A DNA stretch of 64,000 nt from Candidatus Woesearchaeota archaeon (GTDB lineage Archaea; Nanobdellota; Nanobdellia; Pacearchaeales; GW2011-AR1). The notes below the pieces were generated by a model. The model searched no databases and was not told the origin of the DNA. It worked only from the letters and a program-made list of their open reading frames with translations. The position numbers and the translations under genes were made by a program. The stretch is taken from NCBI GenBank assembly GCA_964417865.1, contig CAYQJI010000001.1, forward strand, positions 14,492 to 78,491, written 5' to 3'. Each line of letters opens with the position of its first letter. The first letter of the stretch is position 1. This document shows, piece after piece, positions 29,332 to 38,840 of this stretch.

Positions 29332-30702
29332 TTAGAATTTTAATTTTTTTCCAAACTTTTTTGCAAATTTCATCATTTGTTTTTGACTCATCATTCCAGA
29401 AAAATTATTAGAATTAACCCCCGATTTTATAACCTCATTTAAAAGTTTGTATTGCTTTAATAAAGATCTAACTTCACTTGTTGTTGTGCCTGAACCTTTT
29501 GCTATTCTTTGTAACCTGGAATTTTGTTTTTCTATTATTTCTGGATTATCTTTTTCTTCTTCTGTCATAGACTTAATTATATGTTCCCATCCCTTTATTT
29601 TTTCTTGCTGATTTTCGATTAAATCATTAGATATTTTTTTGTTTATATCTGAAAATCCTGGAATTAAAGATTTAATTTTAGATAGTCCTCCTATTTCATT
29701 CATAGACTTAACTTGTTCTACAACGTCTTCTAATCTTAATTTTCCCTCTTCTATACTTTTTTGAATCTTTTTTTGTTTTTGTTCGTCTGTTATCAAATTT
29801 ATTTTTTGAATTAAAGAATTTAAATCTCCTAATCCTAAAAGTCTTGAAAGAAAAGAAGAAGGGTTAAATTCTTCTATATCATTTATTTTTTCACCATTCG
29901 TTATAAAGTAAATTGGAGATTTTGTTTCTGCACAAGCTGTCAAAGCTCCTCCTGCTTTTGCTGTTGAATCCATTCTTGTTACTATGACTCCAGAAATATT
30001 AACTGCTTCTTTAAATTGTTTTGATTGATTTTTTGCAGCTTGCCCGATATCTGCAGGAATTACAAGAATAGATTCTGTTGGTTTTGCTTCTTTTTCTATA
30101 TCTTTTATTTCTTTGATTAAATCTTCATCTAATGTATGTCTTCCAGCCGTGTCTATTAAAACCAAATTATAATCTCTTAATTTCTTTTCATACTCTTTTA
30201 ATATTTTTACAGGATTTTTTTCTTTTGTATCAATAAAATAGTTTAATTTGTTTTTTTCAGCTAATTGTTTCAATTGTTCTGAAGCTGCTGGTCTATAAAC
30301 ATCTAAACCTACTAAAGCAACCTTAAATCCTCTTTTTGCATAATAATTTCCTAATTTTGCGATTGTTGTTGTTTTTCCACTTCCATATAAACCTAAGAGA
30401 ATTATTACATTCCTCTTTGAATTTAATTTTAATGGAGAATATTCTCCTAAAATAGAAGTTAATTCATCATGTAATAATTTGATAAGATGTTCTTTTTTTT
30501 CAATTCCTTTGATTCTTTCATCTAACCCCTCTTTTCTTATTTTTTCGCTTAATTCTTTAACCAATAAAATATTTACATCAGCTTCTATTAATGCTCTTTG
30601 TAATTCTCTTACTATTTCATCTAATTCTTCTTTATCTAAGAATATTGCATTAGCAATTTTATCTGTTGCTTTTTTTATAGCATTTCCTAATTTTTCTAAC
30701 AT
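29332..30702 (-). CDS. srp54: Signal recognition particle protein SRP54
   Basis: GLYGSGKTTT, DTAGR, AKAGGAL, RLLGLGD, M domain RIAKGSG. Confidence 0.95.
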   Translation of the reverse strand: MLEKLGNAIKKATDKIANAIFLDKEELDEIVRELQRALIEADVNILLVKELSEKIRKEGLDERIKGIEKKEHLIKLLHDELTSILGEYSPLKLNSKRNVIILLGLYGSGKTTTIAKLGNYYAKRGFKVALVGLDVYRPAASEQLKQLAEKNKLNYFIDTKEKNPVKILKEYEKKLRDYNLVLIDTAGRHTLDEDLIKEIKDIEKEAKPTESILVIPADIGQAAKNQSKQFKEAVNISGVIVTRMDSTAKAGGALTACAETKSPIYFITNGEKINDIEEFNPSSFLSRLLGLGDLNSLIQKINLITDEQKQKKIQKSIEEGKLRLEDVVEQVKSMNEIGGLSKIKSLIPGFSDINKKISNDLIENQQEKIKGWEHIIKSMTEEEKDNPEIIEKQNSRLQRIAKGSGTTTSEVRSLLKQYKLLNEVIKSGVNSNNFSGMMSQKQMMKFAKKFGKKLKF

Positions 30703-30743
30703 CTTCTTAAAAGTATTTTAAAGGTTATTAAATTTTGGGTATT

Positions 30744-31871
30744 TCAATTTTTGTAATCTTTTTCAAATTTTTCCTTAAATTCTTTAAATTTATTCTTTTT
30801 TATTTGTTTTTTTGCTTTTTCTATCAATTTGGTTAAGAAATAAACATTATGATACATTGCTAATCTTTGGCCTAAGGGTTCTTCATTTATAAGTTGATAC
30901 CTTAAAAAAGCTTTAGTATAATTTTTACAAACAAAGCAATCACATTCTTTATCAAGAGGAGTATAATCAAATTTATATTTTTCATTTAAAATTTTAATTT
31001 TTCCATTCCAAGTAAATAATGTCCCTCTTCTAGCACTTTGTGTAGGCATTCTTGAATCAAATATATCAACCCCTAATTCTATCCCTTTAAGAATTTCTAT
31101 TGGTGTACCTATACCCATAAGATAAACTGGTTTTTCTTTTGGCAAAATTTCTTTTACTACTTTCACTGCATTAAACTCTTCTTCAATTGTTTCGCCTAAA
31201 CCAAACCCACCTATTGAATAACCATCAAAATCTAATTTCATTAAAGTTTTTGTTTGATCTTCTCTTAAATCTTTATAGATACCGCCTTGGATTATCCCAA
31301 ATAATAATTGTCTCTTATTTTTTGGAATTTCTTTTTGTAATTCTTCATGATGTATTTTACATCTCTTTGCCCATGCTTTTGTTTTTTCTCCGGCTTCTTC
31401 AATTTGTTTTTTTGTATGGTTATACAGGGGCATAGAGTCTAAGGACATAGCAACATCACTTCCAATATCTAATTGAATTTCTATATCTTTTTCAGGAGTT
31501 ATAAAAATTTTTTCTCCATTTATTGGATTTCTAAATAAAACTCCTTTGTCTGAAGAGGATAAATAAATGTTTTTAGAATACATTTGAAAACCCCCACAAT
31601 CAGTAAAGTTTAACCCTTTCCAATTCATGAATTTTTTTATTCCTCCTGCTTTCTTTATTATTTCAGAACCTTGCCTTAAATATAAAATAAAAGCATTGGA
31701 AATTGTTGTTTGAACACCCATCTTATGAAGTTCTTCTACAGTTATACCCTTTGTGGCTGCTCTTGTTGCAACAGGCATAAAAAAAGGAGTTTCAGCTGTT
31801 CCACTTTTAGTTTTTAATTTTCCTATACGTGCCTTTGTCTTTTTATCTTCGTAAATTATCTTAAAAGTCAT
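30744..31871 (-). CDS. tgt: tRNA-guanine transglycosylase (bacterial queuine type in size and motifs)
   Basis: ETPFFMPVAT, TDCGGFQ, FGIIQGG, YLMGIG, GVDIFD, CDCFVC...HN Zn site; 375 aa, no PUA domain. Confidence 0.92.
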   Translation of the reverse strand: MTFKIIYEDKKTKARIGKLKTKSGTAETPFFMPVATRAATKGITVEELHKMGVQTTISNAFILYLRQGSEIIKKAGGIKKFMNWKGLNFTDCGGFQMYSKNIYLSSSDKGVLFRNPINGEKIFITPEKDIEIQLDIGSDVAMSLDSMPLYNHTKKQIEEAGEKTKAWAKRCKIHHEELQKEIPKNKRQLLFGIIQGGIYKDLREDQTKTLMKLDFDGYSIGGFGLGETIEEEFNAVKVVKEILPKEKPVYLMGIGTPIEILKGIELGVDIFDSRMPTQSARRGTLFTWNGKIKILNEKYKFDYTPLDKECDCFVCKNYTKAFLRYQLINEEPLGQRLAMYHNVYFLTKLIEKAKKQIKKNKFKEFKEKFEKDYKN

Positions 31872-31913
31872 GAAAATAGGATTAATTCAAGGTATTTAAA
31901 ATTTGAGAATTTG

Positions 31914-32289
31914 TGAGCTGTAAAGTTAGCGACACTTATTTTGGTGCAAAAGATAAATCAGCCCAGACCAATTTAAAAACTTCTGGTTCTTAATTCTTCT
32001 ATAACGATTATGAAAACCTTTGCTGAACTCAAAATTTCTTTAAGAAATTTTGCCACGCCTTGCAGGCTCTCGCTTACGCTCGGGACGCCTAACAGTGATT
32101 AAGAGGGAAAATCTTCGGCTCAGATTTTCCCCAAATTTTTGCTTCGCAAAAACTTCTCTTAATCGCATACGTTATAAGCAATTCAGAATTTGGTAGTTAC
32201 CGGCCACTCACCATTAATTTGAAAGGATCACAAAACTGAAAAATCCTTTTCTTAACCCTTACATTAGGTAAATTTTTATTTATAGCTCA
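31914..32289. mobile_element. 376-bp non-autonomous element related to the 18695-21682 transposon
   Basis: Left end TGAGCTGTAAAGTTAGCGACACTTA nearly matches the transposon right TIR; right end ...TATAGCTCA; 8-bp TSD AGAATTTG at 31906-31913 and 32290-32297. Confidence 0.82.
32087..32177. repeat. Branched fold-back element, attC-like
   Basis: GCCTAAC ... GTTATAA ends; outer stem GTGATTAAGAG/CTCTTAATCGC; inner hairpins GGAAAATCT/AGATTTTCC and TTTTTGC/GCAAAAA. Confidence 0.5.
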
Positions 32290-32313
32290 AGAATTTGTTT
32301 TAAATTTATTTTT

Positions 32314-33453
32314 TTATAAACCTAATTTTTCAATAAACTTTTTTTTATCAAAGGGTTCTATATCTTTATACTCTTGACCTGTCCCTAAGTATAAGATAGG
32401 TTTTTTTGTGATATAACCAAGAGAAAGAGCTGTACCACCTTTCTCGTCAATGTCTGCCTTTGTTAGCACAATTCCATCAATCCCTATTGTTTCATCAAAA
32501 CTTTTTATTTGTTCAACAGAATCATTTCCGGTTATACTTTCACCAACAAATATTTTTTTATCTGGTTTACATACATTTACTATTTTTTCCATCTCTCTTA
32601 ATAGATTTTTTTGAGTGTGCATTCTTCCTGCTGTATCTATTAAAACGCAATCAATATTATTCTTTTCTGCATATTTTATTGCATCAAAACCTACTGCAGC
32701 AGGATCTGCACCATACTCATGACTTATCATTTTTATATTTAGTCTTTCAGCATGTTTTTCTAATTGTTCAATTGATGCTGCTCGAAATGTATCTCCTGCA
32801 GCTATCACGCAAGAAATTTTATTCTCTTTTAAATAATTAGTGATTTTTCCAATTGTTGTTGTTTTTCCACTCCCATTTATACCACAGAATAAAACGACAT
32901 AAGGTCTTTTTTCTTTATTTTTTATCTCTTTTAAGAGGTCTTGTCCTTGAATTAAAATTTCTTCTATTATCTCTTTTAAAGAGTTTTTAATTTCCTTTTC
33001 AATCTCTTTAATTGTTATCTCTTTATTGGATATTTTATCTTCAAGCTCTTTAAGTATTTTATCTACAACTTCTAAAGCTACATTATTCTCTAAAAGAATA
33101 AATTCTAATTCTTCTTTATATTTTTCAAACTCTTTTTCAGAGATTTTTACTTTTCTATTAACTAATCCTATCTTTTCAAAAAAACCTTTTTTCTTAGAAT
33201 TTTCTTCTTTAATCTCTTCTTGACTACTTTCTTTAATCCCTTTTTCAATTTCTTCTTGCTTTGTTTGTCCCTCTTTTTCTAATGTTTTTTCCTTATTTTT
33301 TATTTTTTGTTCTTTTTTCTTAAATTTCTCTTTCTTATCTTTCTCATTTTCCTTAATTATTTTATTCTCTTCTTGAAATTCTTCAGATTTCTCTTTATCT
33401 TTTGCAAAACTTTTTGCCCAATTTCCTAGTTTTTCCTTTAAAAATTTGAACAT
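32314..33453 (-). CDS. ftsY: SRP receptor FtsY
   Basis: Charged N-terminus, GINGSGKTTT, GDTFRAA, DTAGR, TKAD, GTGQ. Confidence 0.95.
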   Translation of the reverse strand: MFKFLKEKLGNWAKSFAKDKEKSEEFQEENKIIKENEKDKKEKFKKKEQKIKNKEKTLEKEGQTKQEEIEKGIKESSQEEIKEENSKKKGFFEKIGLVNRKVKISEKEFEKYKEELEFILLENNVALEVVDKILKELEDKISNKEITIKEIEKEIKNSLKEIIEEILIQGQDLLKEIKNKEKRPYVVLFCGINGSGKTTTIGKITNYLKENKISCVIAAGDTFRAASIEQLEKHAERLNIKMISHEYGADPAAVGFDAIKYAEKNNIDCVLIDTAGRMHTQKNLLREMEKIVNVCKPDKKIFVGESITGNDSVEQIKSFDETIGIDGIVLTKADIDEKGGTALSLGYITKKPILYLGTGQEYKDIEPFDKKKFIEKLGL

Positions 33454-33545
33454 TTCAATTATCTATAACTTGTTAGTCTTTTATTCTTTTCTAATATTTT
33501 TATAGTTCTTGAGGGAATATAAATTTTTATAAAGAATTAAGTTCT

Positions 33546-34811
33546 TTGATTTTTATGAAAGGTATACTTATAATCTTAGATGGTGCTGCAGATTTACCTA
33601 ATGAAAAGTTAAACAATAAAACTCCTTTAGAAATAGCTAAAACTCCTAATCTGAATTTCCTTGCTTCAAGAAGTGAATTGGGATATATGTACTCTGTAAG
33701 ACCAGGATTTATACCGGAGTCAGATGAAGCTATTGTTTCTATATTTGGAAATGACTTAATCTCAAGTACTAGGGGTCAATTGGAAGCCAGAGGCTTGGGC
33801 TTTAAACCAATGAGGGGGGATTTAGTCTTAAGGGCTAATTTTGCAACAATCGACTCAATTGAATCAGGAAATATTATAGATAGAAGAGCAGGAAGAACTT
33901 TATCAACTTCTGAAGCAGAAATTTTAGAAAAAGCAATAAATAAACAAGTTAAACTTCCTTGTAATTTTATATTTAAGATAAGTGTTGGGCATAGAGCTAG
34001 TCTGATTTTTAAAGGAGGCTTTTCTGATAATATCTCTGGAAATGATACAAGTATTTATTCTCAGGGTAAAACTTTTTCATCTGACAAAATATCAAGATGT
34101 AAACCTCTTGATGATGAAGAGAATTCTCAGTACTCTGCAAATGTTGTTAATGAATTTTTAGAAAAAGCTTATAATGTTTTAAAAGATCACCCTATCAATC
34201 TTGAAAGAATAAGAAAAGGGCTTTTGCCTGCTAATTTCATTCTTGTGAGGGGTGCAGGAATAGAACCCCCAAAATTAAAATTTTATAGGAAATGGGTTTC
34301 AGCAGCGTATATGCCTCTTGAAATAGGTTTTTCAAAAGTTTCAGGAATGAAAACTTATAATTTTAAATATCCTGAACTAAAAGGTATTGATGTTTATGCT
34401 AACCTTTATGAAGGTTTAAGAAAAGCTTGTAAATTTTCTAATTGGATATTGAAAAAAAATCTGAGAAAAGCAGATTTTCTTTATATTCACATTAAAGAAA
34501 CAGATATACCTGGGCATGACAATAAACCTTTTGAAAAAATTCAGATGATAGAACTTATTGATAAAATGCTTTTTTCTTATATAAACAGAATAGTATTTCC
34601 AAATCATATTAAAGTTTTAGTTACTTGTGACCATTCTACACCATGCAAAAATAAAGCGCATTCTGCTGATCCTGTTCCTGTCTTATTTTACAAAGGGGAT
34701 TATTCTGAAATAAAAGAAAAAAGATTTAATGAAAAAGATTCAAAAAAAGGAGAATTGGGAAGAATAGAAACAGGAAAAGAATTATTTCAAAAAACTAATT
34801 TTTTAAAATAG
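33546..34811 (+). CDS. apgM: 2,3-BPG-independent phosphoglycerate mutase, archaeal type
   Basis: ILDGAAD, KTPLE.A.TPN, DRRAGR, HIKETD.PGHD, TCDHSTP, HSADPVP; real start probably ATG at 33555. Confidence 0.9.
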   Translation: MIFMKGILIILDGAADLPNEKLNNKTPLEIAKTPNLNFLASRSELGYMYSVRPGFIPESDEAIVSIFGNDLISSTRGQLEARGLGFKPMRGDLVLRANFATIDSIESGNIIDRRAGRTLSTSEAEILEKAINKQVKLPCNFIFKISVGHRASLIFKGGFSDNISGNDTSIYSQGKTFSSDKISRCKPLDDEENSQYSANVVNEFLEKAYNVLKDHPINLERIRKGLLPANFILVRGAGIEPPKLKFYRKWVSAAYMPLEIGFSKVSGMKTYNFKYPELKGIDVYANLYEGLRKACKFSNWILKKNLRKADFLYIHIKETDIPGHDNKPFEKIQMIELIDKMLFSYINRIVFPNHIKVLVTCDHSTPCKNKAHSADPVPVLFYKGDYSEIKEKRFNEKDSKKGELGRIETGKELFQKTNFLK

Positions 34812-34859
34812 TAAAATAATAATAGTAACTATTAAAAATTACTAATTCTTCCTTACTTT

Positions 34860-35408
34860 ATGATTACTTATAATGAAATTTATGAAGCCTCAAAAAAGGA
34901 AAGATATTCTGAACAATTGCAGCCTCTTCCAAAAAACTTTGTTAATGAAGTTGCTTCTTATTTAAAAGAAAAAGAGAATTATTTAGAGAGGGAAGAGTCT
35001 CTTTCAGATAGCTCTATCAAAACAAAAAAACAATTAGAAAATGCTATAACTTTATTTAAAGAATTAATTTTGAGAAGAAAGAAAAAAATTCTTAATCTTG
35101 TTTTAATCGCTTCTGAAACAGGGATATCTAAACAAGATTTTGAAAATATGCTAAATTTTGAAAAAAATTTATTTGATGAATTAATGAAATCTTTAGAAGA
35201 ATCTGATAAATATATTAATGATCTATTGAATGGAAGTTCTTCTGACCCAAAAAATAAATTAATTCTCTTTAAAGATAATGTCGGAGAATTTATGGGGCTT
35301 GAAGGAGAAAAAATGGGACCTTATGAAAAAGGGCAGATAGCTAATCTCCCAAAAGAGATTGCCAAAATTCTTATAGATGACAATAAAGCAGAAGAAATTG
35401 AAGAGTAA
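34860..35408 (+). CDS. GINS complex subunit (Gins15-like)
   Basis: ER....LQPLP..F, RRKKKIL, C-terminal FMGLEGEKMGPY.KG...LP...A.IL. Confidence 0.8.
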   Translation: MITYNEIYEASKKERYSEQLQPLPKNFVNEVASYLKEKENYLEREESLSDSSIKTKKQLENAITLFKELILRRKKKILNLVLIASETGISKQDFENMLNFEKNLFDELMKSLEESDKYINDLLNGSSSDPKNKLILFKDNVGEFMGLEGEKMGPYEKGQIANLPKEIAKILIDDNKAEEIEE

Positions 35409-35480
35409 AGCCTGTAGAGGGATTTGAACCCCCGACCCTCTGCTTACAAGGCAGATGCTCTGCCACTGAGCTATACAGGC
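35409..35480 (-). tRNA. tRNA-Thr(TGT)
   Basis: GCCTGTA/TACAGGC acceptor stem; TCTGC-CTTGTAA-GCAGA. Confidence 0.95.
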
Positions 35481-35515
35481 ATAATATTCTTTAGAAAAGT
35501 TAGTTCTTTAAAAAT

Positions 35516-36052
35516 TTAATCTTTATTTTTCATTTCTAAAATTCTTATATCACAGAAAGATAATGGGTAAATTTTCTTTAATTTTTGACTTAAATTTCTT
35601 TGAATTTGTCCCTTTAATAAATCTTCAAATAAACTTTCAGAATTCTTATCTTTAACATAACTCAATAATTCTTCTTTACATTTGTTTCTTAAACTTTTCC
35701 TTATATTCCTTGAAACTTTTCTTCTTGTGACTAAAAAGGGTTTGATAATAACCTCGTTGTCTTTTGTTTTTGCTACAAATGAATCCTCAACATAGTTTGT
35801 TCCTTTTTTAACAACTCTCCTTATAAAATAAGGTAATATAATCATTTTTTTAGGATAAGAAACAAGTTTTCCATCTTTCAATTTAACTTTTAAAGTTAAT
35901 AATAATCCTTTTCCTCTCATCATTCTTGTTAAATCATATTTTATGTATCTATTCTCTAATTCTTTTTGATCATAAGCATATAATTCTGTTTTTTTGTTGA
36001 TGATCGGAATTTCAACTTCAAAAAATTTCTTTTTCTTTTTTTCTTGTGCCAT
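35516..36052 (-). CDS. rps3ae: 30S ribosomal protein eS1 (S3Ae)
   Basis: IRRVVKKGT..VED, KIYPL..CDIR. Confidence 0.85.
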   Translation of the reverse strand: MAQEKKKKKFFEVEIPIINKKTELYAYDQKELENRYIKYDLTRMMRGKGLLLTLKVKLKDGKLVSYPKKMIILPYFIRRVVKKGTNYVEDSFVAKTKDNEVIIKPFLVTRRKVSRNIRKSLRNKCKEELLSYVKDKNSESLFEDLLKGQIQRNLSQKLKKIYPLSFCDIRILEMKNKD

Positions 36053-36053
36053 T

Positions 36054-36365
36054 TTATTCTTGAATTACTTTACTTGTTCTGTGTCCTTTTTTTTGATATT
36101 TAGATTTTCCACAGACTGTACAAGTATACATAATATTTCTTTTTTTATTTGTTTTTGTTTTTCTTTTGAATTTTGAAACAGCAGGTTTTGAACCCCATTT
36201 ACCCTTATTTCCTATACCTCTACCTAAACCCCTTAGTTTAGCTCTGCTGATGCTACCTCTAGTGAGAGTTCCTCTTTTTGCTCCTGTTGATATTACTTTA
36301 ATCTTTTGCTCAGTTTTCTTTTTACAGTAAGGGCAATATCTTTTTGTTGTTTTTGGTATTTTCAT
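36054..36365 (-). CDS. rpl44e: 50S ribosomal protein eL42 (L44e)
   Basis: MKIPK...YCPYC...CTVCGK. Confidence 0.92.
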   Translation of the reverse strand: MKIPKTTKRYCPYCKKKTEQKIKVISTGAKRGTLTRGSISRAKLRGLGRGIGNKGKWGSKPAVSKFKRKTKTNKKRNIMYTCTVCGKSKYQKKGHRTSKVIQE

Positions 36366-36401
36366 AAAGATGAAAAAAGAAAAAGCTTTTTAAATATTAC
36401 T

Positions 36402-36719
36402 CTATCTGCTTAAATTTAAGAATTTCATATTTAAGCTTTTATTTTTGCTTAAATTTTGAAAAATTGTGAGATTTGAAGAATTTAATTTTGGAAATAAACT
36501 TTGTAAAATTTCAGGAATTATAGGTTTATTTGTTATTAGTCTTACAAAAACCCACATTACAAAAAGGACTAAAATAATTAGTAATATCTGTTTTAATTTT
36601 AATTTTTTCTTTTGGTTTTCATAAAAATCATAACCGCACTTTATACAATATCTATTCTTTATATCATTTGGGGTGCCACATCTAGGACAGTATTTAATAT
36701 TTTTATCCACCTTTTTCAT
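36402..36719 (-). CDS. Double zinc-ribbon protein with one TM helix
   Basis: CPRCGTPN....YCIKCG followed by a hydrophobic helix. Confidence 0.7.
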   Translation of the reverse strand: MKKVDKNIKYCPRCGTPNDIKNRYCIKCGYDFYENQKKKLKLKQILLIILVLFVMWVFVRLITNKPIIPEILQSLFPKLNSSNLTIFQNLSKNKSLNMKFLNLSR

Positions 36720-36779
36720 AACTCTTATTACCTCTTTTTATTTATAAATTAATCTAAATTATTAAATTAAATCTTGTAA

Positions 36780-36850
36780 TGGCCTCACCAAGGATCGAAC
36801 TTGGGCATTGTCCACGTCAAGGACATAGTCTACCATTAGCTTATGAGGCC
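36780..36850 (-). tRNA. tRNA-Val(GAC)
   Basis: GGCCTCA/TGAGGCC acceptor stem; TGTCC-TTGACGT-GGACA. Confidence 0.92.
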
Positions 36851-36950
36851 TTTCTTTATTTTAAAGTAATATTTTATTTAAATTTTCTTATTTCTTTTTT
36901 GAAATTTATTAAATTCTAATAAGATTTATATATCTCTTTCTCGTTATTTC

Positions 36951-38840
36951 TTGATGATGTTTAAAGAGGGAAAAATTCATTTTTATTCAAGTAAAAAATT
37001 TTTTAAAAAAGGCCAATTAACAATCTTTATTATAGTTGCTTTATTAATTGTTTCTGGGGTTATTGTTTTCTTTTTATTTAGAAATAACATTATAAAAGAG
37101 AGTGTTCCTATAACAATTCAACCTGTTTATAACACTTTTGATTCTTGTATCCAGGATATTGGGAAAAAGGGGATATATCTATTAGAATCTCAAGGGGGTT
37201 ATATTTATCTTCCAGAATATCAAAAAGGTTCTTATAATTTCCCTTCTTCATCTTATCTAAACTTTATGGGCAATAATATCCCTTTTTGGGATTATTTTTC
37301 TTCTACTTCATTAGAAAAAAAGCAAATTCCTTCTAAAACCGATATGGAGGATCAATTAAAAAGGTTTATAGAATCCAATGTAAAAAATTGTGATTTTTCT
37401 ACAAATTATGCTCAAGGATTTGAGATTACACTTAAAGATTTTAGTGTTTCTCCTAAAATTTTAGATAATAAAATAACAATTGATTCTTCATTTAATATGA
37501 ATATTAGCTTAAATAACGAATCTTTTTCTATTAATCATTATAAAACAGATTTAACTTCTAATTTAGGAGTGTTATATGAAGATGCTCTAAAAGTTTATAG
37601 TCAAGAAGAGGAAACTCTTTTATTAGAGAATTATACGATTGATGTTTTAAGGCTTTATGCTCCTGTTGATGGTTTTGAGATATCATGCTCTCCAAAGGTT
37701 TGGAATATCAATAAAATCTATTATGATTTAAAAAACTCTCTTGAGCCAAATATACAATCAATAACCTCAGAAAAAAATAAAAATCCTAAACCTGAAAATA
37801 ATAAATACTTCTATAGAGATTTTAAAACACAAGGAAGTGTTAAATTTTTAACTTTTATGGATTGGCCAATGTTTTTAGAAGTTAACCCTTCTCAAGGAGA
37901 TTTACTCATTGCTAATCCTGTTGGAAATACCCCTGAACTAAGTATTTTAGGTTTTTGTTTTATTCCTTACCACTTTGTTTATTCTTTAAATTACCCTGTA
38001 CTTGTTCAAATTTCAAAGAATGATGAAACATTTCAATTCCCTCTTGTTGTCTATATAGATAAAAACAAACCAAAATCTGCTTTAACAAAAAAAACAGATT
38101 CTTCCTCTATTGATATTTGTTCTAACAAAGTTACCCCTATAACCCTAAATGTTCATGATACTTCAAATAATTTAATTCCTTTTAGTGTTAATTTTGAATG
38201 TATAAATGAGGATTGTTATATTGGAAATTCTTCTACAGGTAATTCTACATTTTTATTCCCAGAATGTGTGAATGGTGTTGTAAAAATAAATTCAAATAAT
38301 TTTCTTGAATCAAAAGTAGTATTAGACAATACTCTCCAAGAATCAGAACTAAATATCTATTTAACAAAAACTTATCCTATCGGTGTTCAAATTAATTTAG
38401 ATAACATGCCTTCTAATGAAGAAGCTTTAATCTCTTTTAATTTTAATGATTATTCAAAAACCCTTTTTTACCCTAAAGAAAAAATAATAAACCTTTCTGA
38501 AGGTGTTTATAATATTTCAGTAAAAGTTTATAAAAATTCTTCTTTAACTATCCCAGAAACAGAGACAGAGATATGTGTGCCTATAAAATCAGGAATAAAA
38601 GGTTTATTAGGAATATCTGAAAATAGTTGTTCAAAGATTAAAATTCCTAGTCAAATTATGTCCAATGTTCCTGTTGGGGGAGGGATAATCCGAGATTATG
38701 AGATTTCAGAATCACAATTAAAAAATTCAAGAATTATACAATTAAATGTTCAATCTTTAAAAACTCCAACTGACTTTTTAAGTATACAAAAAAATGTTTT
38801 GTTAACAGATGAAAATGAAATAGAGGTAAATTTAATATGA
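36951..38840 (+). CDS. Large pilin-like surface protein (class III signal peptide)
   Basis: KKG|QLTIFIIVALLIVSGVIVFF; QGGY; beta-rich C-terminus with Cys pairs. Confidence 0.75.
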   Translation: MMMFKEGKIHFYSSKKFFKKGQLTIFIIVALLIVSGVIVFFLFRNNIIKESVPITIQPVYNTFDSCIQDIGKKGIYLLESQGGYIYLPEYQKGSYNFPSSSYLNFMGNNIPFWDYFSSTSLEKKQIPSKTDMEDQLKRFIESNVKNCDFSTNYAQGFEITLKDFSVSPKILDNKITIDSSFNMNISLNNESFSINHYKTDLTSNLGVLYEDALKVYSQEEETLLLENYTIDVLRLYAPVDGFEISCSPKVWNINKIYYDLKNSLEPNIQSITSEKNKNPKPENNKYFYRDFKTQGSVKFLTFMDWPMFLEVNPSQGDLLIANPVGNTPELSILGFCFIPYHFVYSLNYPVLVQISKNDETFQFPLVVYIDKNKPKSALTKKTDSSSIDICSNKVTPITLNVHDTSNNLIPFSVNFECINEDCYIGNSSTGNSTFLFPECVNGVVKINSNNFLESKVVLDNTLQESELNIYLTKTYPIGVQINLDNMPSNEEALISFNFNDYSKTLFYPKEKIINLSEGVYNISVKVYKNSSLTIPETETEICVPIKSGIKGLLGISENSCSKIKIPSQIMSNVPVGGGIIRDYEISESQLKNSRIIQLNVQSLKTPTDFLSIQKNVLLTDENEIEVNLI

